Origin: Mizuhopecten yessoensis
Taxonomy: Eukaryota
Direction: 5' to 3'
Assembly: GCF_002113885.1 (NCBI RefSeq)
Contig: NW_018407568.1
Location: forward strand, 28,278 to 92,277
DNA: 64,000 nt
Shown: one piece after another, positions 62,501-64,000 of the stretch
Position numbering within the stretch: the stretch's first letter is position 1
How the letters are laid out: each line of letters opens with the position of its first letter
Position numbers and translations under genes: made by a program
The notes under the pieces: model-generated
What the model was told of the DNA's origin: nothing
Seen by the model: only the letters and a program-made list of their open reading frames with translations
The model's database searches: none

Positions 62501-64000
62501 GTAAAATCCTTTATGTATTGTACAAATTCATGTCAATATGCTTCACTTACATTTGTAGACAAGGAATTGTCCTGAGATTCCTGTAAACTTTTCCTTTTAG
62601 AGTCTGCTTCATTGAATTTCTTTTCTGCAAGAGACAAATTTAAGACTGGTCAAAAGTTCAACCAACAACCAACTCTTTAGAAGTGACAATATCTTGAATT
62701 AAATGTGCAAATATTGATGTTTGATGAATAGCTGTTTTTCATTAAATATACTGTTTATCGTGCTGTTCACTTATACTGGGCCGTGTGTGATTACTGTGCA
62801 ATCAAACTTTGTGTTCTTGTACACGAGAGTCTGTTGTCACATTTGTCTTTACCGTGTCCATATAAGTAACGTGTGATTGTTCTATTATATGTGTGACCTT
62901 GTTTTGGTCAGTGGTTATTTAGTTCAGTTGTCTTTATTTCATGTTTTGGCGCCGTTCTAGTATTCATTTATATACTGATAGAGCTATATGTATTTATATC
63001 CAATATGGTCACCCTATAGGAAATAAATACATAATACATACATCCACCCGGTGGTGCTAACTTTATATATTTATGTGAGTTTGATATAATAGCAGTAATT
63101 ATGCATTTGGCCTGAATTTGTACTTTTTATTTAAATGTCAAAATCATGATCCCACATACATGTGGATTCAATGAATTCAGAGATAGCTCTTTATTTCAAA
63201 AGTGATGCATGTATGATTTAACATGTTAACTGTGATTTGCATGCATCTTTCACAGAGTAGAAATCTAGAGTTTTCCTTTAGGAACAGATACAGATTTTCT
63301 GTCAGTGTAAACTCTCGACGATAGTTGGTGTATGTCAGGGGTGTAAAAATCCACTAGCCCTGACAATAGGGGCTACCAGATTTTCAGCTAGGGCTAATGA
63401 CTTGTTTATGATGTTATATATATAACTGACACAGATGTTTTTGTTCAATTCTGTCATCATGCCGCATTGATGATTCAAAACTGTTGCTTTTCACATGTGT
63501 GTGATAAAAGTGCTAGCAGTTATCATTAACAACACAAATAACATTGAAAGTCATAATCACTATCAAATTACCGTCCTTGTTGCAAATCAGTCTCTTTTAT
63601 TTGATTCTGATACATAAGCATGTGTGGTACGCAAATAGAAAGACAATTCTCACTGAAAGTCGGCAATAAAAATGTAGTCCAGTATGTCTGTCGTGTTTGT
63701 TCTGATGCCTCCTAATACTGGAACCGGTTTCTGGGCGGATTTTCAGGAGCAGTCAAATTTGGTTGTTTTTAATTCAAGATTTAATAGTTAGTCAGGTGGG
63801 CTTTATAATGTTATAAAATGAAGCTGTATTTGACCAGCTTGTCATCAGTCTGAAATTATCTCCTTTAAATTGTCAGGAAAACTCCTGGTTATCTTACCCA
63901 ATTCTTCCACTCGCCGTTTGTTTTCTTCGTTAGATGTGGACTCTGTTTCTAATTTGTTGTTGCTGGTGATCAGCTGTTGTTCAATATCAAAATATTTTTG
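8293..64000 (-). CDS. TPR: Nucleoprotein TPR (nuclear basket coiled-coil protein), 5'-partial, 61 exons
   Basis: Exons in transcription order: >64000-63898, 62624-62551, 62141-62045, 61764-61661, 60956-60843, 60378-60235, 58284-58204, 53953-53866, 53363-53295, 52782-52711, 52189-52104, 49597-49505, 49018-48914, 48650-48543, 47868-47744, 47450-47349, 47043-46959, 45462-45409, 44572-44391, 43639-43561, 42920-42777, 42360-42187, 40782-40642, 40455-40345, 39568-39499, 38307-38221, 37792-37698, 37227-37185, 36743-36646, 35769-35635, 34482-34408, 33477-33400, 30669-30559, 29739-29630, 29449-29302, 28790-28653, 27822-27638, 27339-27277, 26662-26621, 26317-26276, 25494-25453, 25121-25043, 24584-24330, 23910-23691, 23225-23050, 20893-20790, 20298-20069, 19645-19556, 19062-18918, 17767-17725, 16515-16378, 15787-15575, 14467-14359, 14020-13845, 12793-12690, 12329-12238, 11919-11824, 11062-10990, 10652-10588, 9560-9435, 8543-8293. 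All introns are GT-AG with consistent phases; total 6882 nt. TPR hallmarks: EIEEKAPLLKKQRQDYE, FRTIEDLQVQNIRLL, IVRQRDLF, QDKYQRELILHAADV, FLRREKEIAE, LKKIGRKYK, an acidic tract, IVPSTPTLFVP and an RG-rich tail. Confidence 0.95.
9753..9826 (-). mobile_element. HINE end fragment at an assembly break
   Basis: Same GACG microsatellite and hairpin as 54500-54581; preceded by an N at 9752. Confidence 0.65.
10163..10574 (+). mobile_element. Complete TRIM with tRNA-like LTRs and a 4-bp TSD
   Basis: LTRs 10163-10316 and 10408-10574, both TG...CA; degenerate PBS (CGGTGTC); PPT AAAACAGGGAGAG; TAAC duplicated on both flanks. Confidence 0.85.
11515..11605. mobile_element. piggyBac-like MITE (about 83 bp plus TTAA TSDs)
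   Basis: TTAA|CCCTTTCACC...GGTGAAAGGG|TTAA; homologues at 44596 and 39404. Confidence 0.8.
13040..13860 (-). repeat. Splice-donor minisatellite (18-bp unit plus 85-bp higher-order unit)
   Basis: The unit GTACTGGGG|GTGAGTGAG is the junction at 13845/13844. Confidence 0.9.
14855..15570. repeat. 24-bp CA-rich minisatellite, about 29 copies
   Basis: (TGTCTACACATACACACAACACAC)n; source of the CVCVDKVS / THTHNTLS ORFs. Confidence 0.95.
15575..15787 (-). CDS. TPR: TPR acidic (D/E-rich) exon
   Basis: EMIEEETEVEEADDDDDDAVIVVESDEE...; phase 0-0 with canonical splice sites. Confidence 0.9.
16688..16902. repeat. About 27-bp tandem repeat x8
   Basis: CCCCACCGCCAATTAAATATTAAA units. Confidence 0.85.
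17191..17547. mobile_element. MITE with about 40-bp TIRs
   Basis: ATACTCGAGGGGTTACGCTCACTTTCGCTCTC ... GAGAGCGAAAGTGAGCGTAACCCCTCGAGTAT; second copy at 61140. Confidence 0.85.
19668..19761. repeat. 31-bp tandem repeat x3 in an acceptor/branch-point region
   Basis: GAGTATTGTATGATCAGTCAGTATCAGTTAA. Confidence 0.8.
21464..23068 (-). repeat. Splice-donor minisatellite, 78-bp unit, about 20 copies
   Basis: The unit contains CACCGAGCTACAGACCAAG|GTTAGTCCCCC, the junction at 23050/23049. Confidence 0.95.
23901..24030 (-). repeat. Splice-acceptor tandem repeat, 39-bp unit x3.3
   Basis: The unit contains tttcag|GAGCTGACAC, the junction at 23911/23910. Confidence 0.85.
24761..24997. repeat. 70-bp tandem repeat x3.5
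   Basis: TAAGAACTACGAGGCCCTGGACCAGTTGTGTCCATTTAACCTGACTAGGGAAGG... Confidence 0.9.
25669..25802 (+). mobile_element. Same CTTAAGGATCCC family, truncated after the start of the A-box
   Basis: CTTAAGGATCCCTGTCCCACTGC...GACACTTCCATTGACCTGGTAGCT. Confidence 0.55.
28304..28445. repeat. Unclassified interspersed repeat of about 140 bp (also at about 39718-39860 and 52313-52450)
   Basis: Shared GAACCT..AAAA.GACAGGC.C.GATCTG..CCGAGGCT...GAGGGGTC..GAC. Confidence 0.6.
30312..30532 (+). mobile_element. tRNA-derived SINE (V-domain-like), same family as 4674
   Basis: GGTGGCCAAGTGGTTAAGGCG head, TTTTTCTCCGGAAACTCCGACTTTCCTCCA core, shared 3' end CGTCCTTAAATGA...TGTTAATAGGAC and AAAC tail. Confidence 0.8.
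30849..31212. mobile_element. hAT-like MITE
   Basis: TIRs TAGGGCTGTCATTGATG / CATCAATGACAGCCCTG; 8-bp TSD GCCAGTTC / GCCTGTTC (one mismatch). Confidence 0.75.
31196..32259. repeat. 66-bp minisatellite x16 containing the MITE right TIR and TSD
   Basis: CATCAATGACAGCCCTG-GCCTGTTC-TCATTATCC... Confidence 0.95.
32360..32725 (+). mobile_element. Interspersed repeat with an internal tRNA-like module; B-box segment tandemly amplified (about 44 bp x5)
   Basis: Begins CTTAAGGATCCC.GTGCCACTGC; TAGCTCAATTAGTTAGAGC ... GGGTTCAAACCCC; homologues at 25669 and 42001. Confidence 0.6.
32928..33145. repeat. 16-bp minisatellite
   Basis: (CACCTCTGTAATCAGA)n. Confidence 0.85.
33627..33886. mobile_element. MITE-like element with an internal tandem repeat of about 37 bp; related ends at about 16640 and 12150-12197
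   Basis: GGGCTATTCC...CGTATGGGGGAGGTGGGAGGCAC versus GTGCCTCTCACCCCTCCCGTATGGTTAATTCTCAAACAGCCC (imperfect inverted ends). Confidence 0.5.
34588..35400 (-). mobile_element. Meta-domain-like SINE interrupted by a (CA/TG)-rich microsatellite and two assembly gaps
   Basis: The 3' end at 34588-34639 matches the tails of the other two SINEs in reverse orientation. AGTATGATGTGACCGGGG (Meta-like) and a GGGTTCTGTCC B-box-like head are on the minus strand. N runs at 34640-34772 and 34986-35113. Confidence 0.55.
39404..39485. mobile_element. piggyBac-like MITE, right end truncated
   Basis: TTAACCCTTT...GAGTCCACTAAAGTTGCATAGGGGTGAA. Confidence 0.65.
40820..41990. repeat. 42-bp minisatellite, about 27 copies
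   Basis: CTCTGTGCATTACTTTGATGGCTCTTACTAAGTAAGACTAAG. Confidence 0.95.
42001..42180 (+). mobile_element. Same CTTAAGGATCCC family, with tRNA-like 3' part
   Basis: Colinear similarity to 32360-32545. Confidence 0.6.
43105..43355. repeat. About 62-bp tandem repeat x4
   Basis: CTTTCCTGAATATAAATCTTTCATAAACTATCCTTTGAGTGAAAGGTTC... Confidence 0.9.
44596..44686. mobile_element. piggyBac-like MITE, second full copy
   Basis: TTAA TSD, 10-bp TIR, same internal sequence as 11515. Confidence 0.8.
44793..45160. repeat. 33-bp minisatellite x11
   Basis: ATATCATATAAATAACACCCATCACTAGTAGAT. Confidence 0.95.
45970..46820. repeat. 62-bp minisatellite, about 13 copies, at the end of a HINE-like fragment
   Basis: GAGATGTGCCCCAGACATAGAGACAAACACCCATAGACTGACAGATGGAGTACAAATCGTAC; AAAGGGC.A.AACTCT cores upstream at 45733 and 45858. 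Confidence 0.9.
49581..52119 (-). repeat. Compound array: 26-bp donor repeats and 32-bp acceptor repeats in D-A-D-A order filling one intron
   Basis: Acceptor unit tgtttgacag|ATCTACAATGAGTATGT at 49581-50192 and 50775-51610; donor unit ATGTCTCACACAG|GTAA.C at about 50195-50772 and 51613-52119. Confidence 0.95.
54161..54581 (-). mobile_element. Helentron-associated non-autonomous element (HINE / DINE-1-like)
   Basis: Subterminal repeat GGTCACCTGAG at both ends, hairpin AGGTCACTTGAGC-TAAA-GCTCAGGTGACCT, (GACG/GAC)n microsatellite and GAGGCCCATGGGCCT palindrome. Confidence 0.75.
54985..58230 (-). repeat. Splice-donor minisatellite, 51-bp unit, about 60 copies
   Basis: The unit contains GTCGTCTAATAGACCTGTACAAG|GTAAGTTATTG; the exon-proximal junction is 58204/58203. 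Confidence 0.97.
58925..59968. repeat. 25/26-bp minisatellite, about 40 copies
   Basis: (CCCTGTAATATCGTTCTGTATTATTA)n. Confidence 0.95.
60012..60266 (-). repeat. Splice-donor tandem repeat, 69-bp unit (3 copies plus 1 degenerate)
   Basis: GATAGA.GGCCTTATACAGAAACTGAAGGAT|GTAAGAT with exon-side boundaries at 60235, 60166 and 60097. Confidence 0.9.
61140..61499. mobile_element. MITE, same family as 17191, opposite orientation
   Basis: Same TIRs. The internal GACTAGTTTGATCCTTTGATGTACATGAAAA is the reverse complement of about 17408-17438. Confidence 0.8.
62322..62421 (-). mobile_element. HINE end fragment, different subfamily
   Basis: GGAC repeats, hairpin AGCTCACTTGCCC-TTC-GGGCAGGTGCGCT followed by an A run; N at 62321. 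Confidence 0.6.

Overview
AT-rich animal genomic DNA; the repeat landscape (V/Meta-type SINEs, Helentron-associated elements, TRIMs) suggests a mollusc, probably a bivalve (inference). There are two convergent spliced genes. The first is a complete tektin-2 (TEKT2, + strand, CDS 1767-5173, 5 coding exons, 422 aa, with X-box-like motifs in the promoter). The second is nucleoprotein TPR (- strand, 61 exons traced by hand in one continuous frame from the window end to the stop at 8293, about 2290 aa; the N-terminus lies beyond the window). The most striking unexplained structure is that at least seven TPR intronic minisatellites are tandem copies of the gene's own exon/intron junctions (5 donor arrays, 2 acceptor arrays). 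One array offers 43 in-frame, stop-free alternative donors closer to consensus than the exon-proximal one. One 2.5-kb intron consists almost entirely of donor and acceptor copies and encloses a new 29-nt chimeric pseudo-exon. Also present are a miniature LTR retroelement (TRIM) whose LTRs carry a tRNA-like Pol III promoter, a run of heptad-sized symmetric micro-exons including a duplicated pair, and several satellites derived from transposon ends. Most long ORFs in the ORF track are repeat artefacts. All coordinates were counted by hand and may be off by a few bases.
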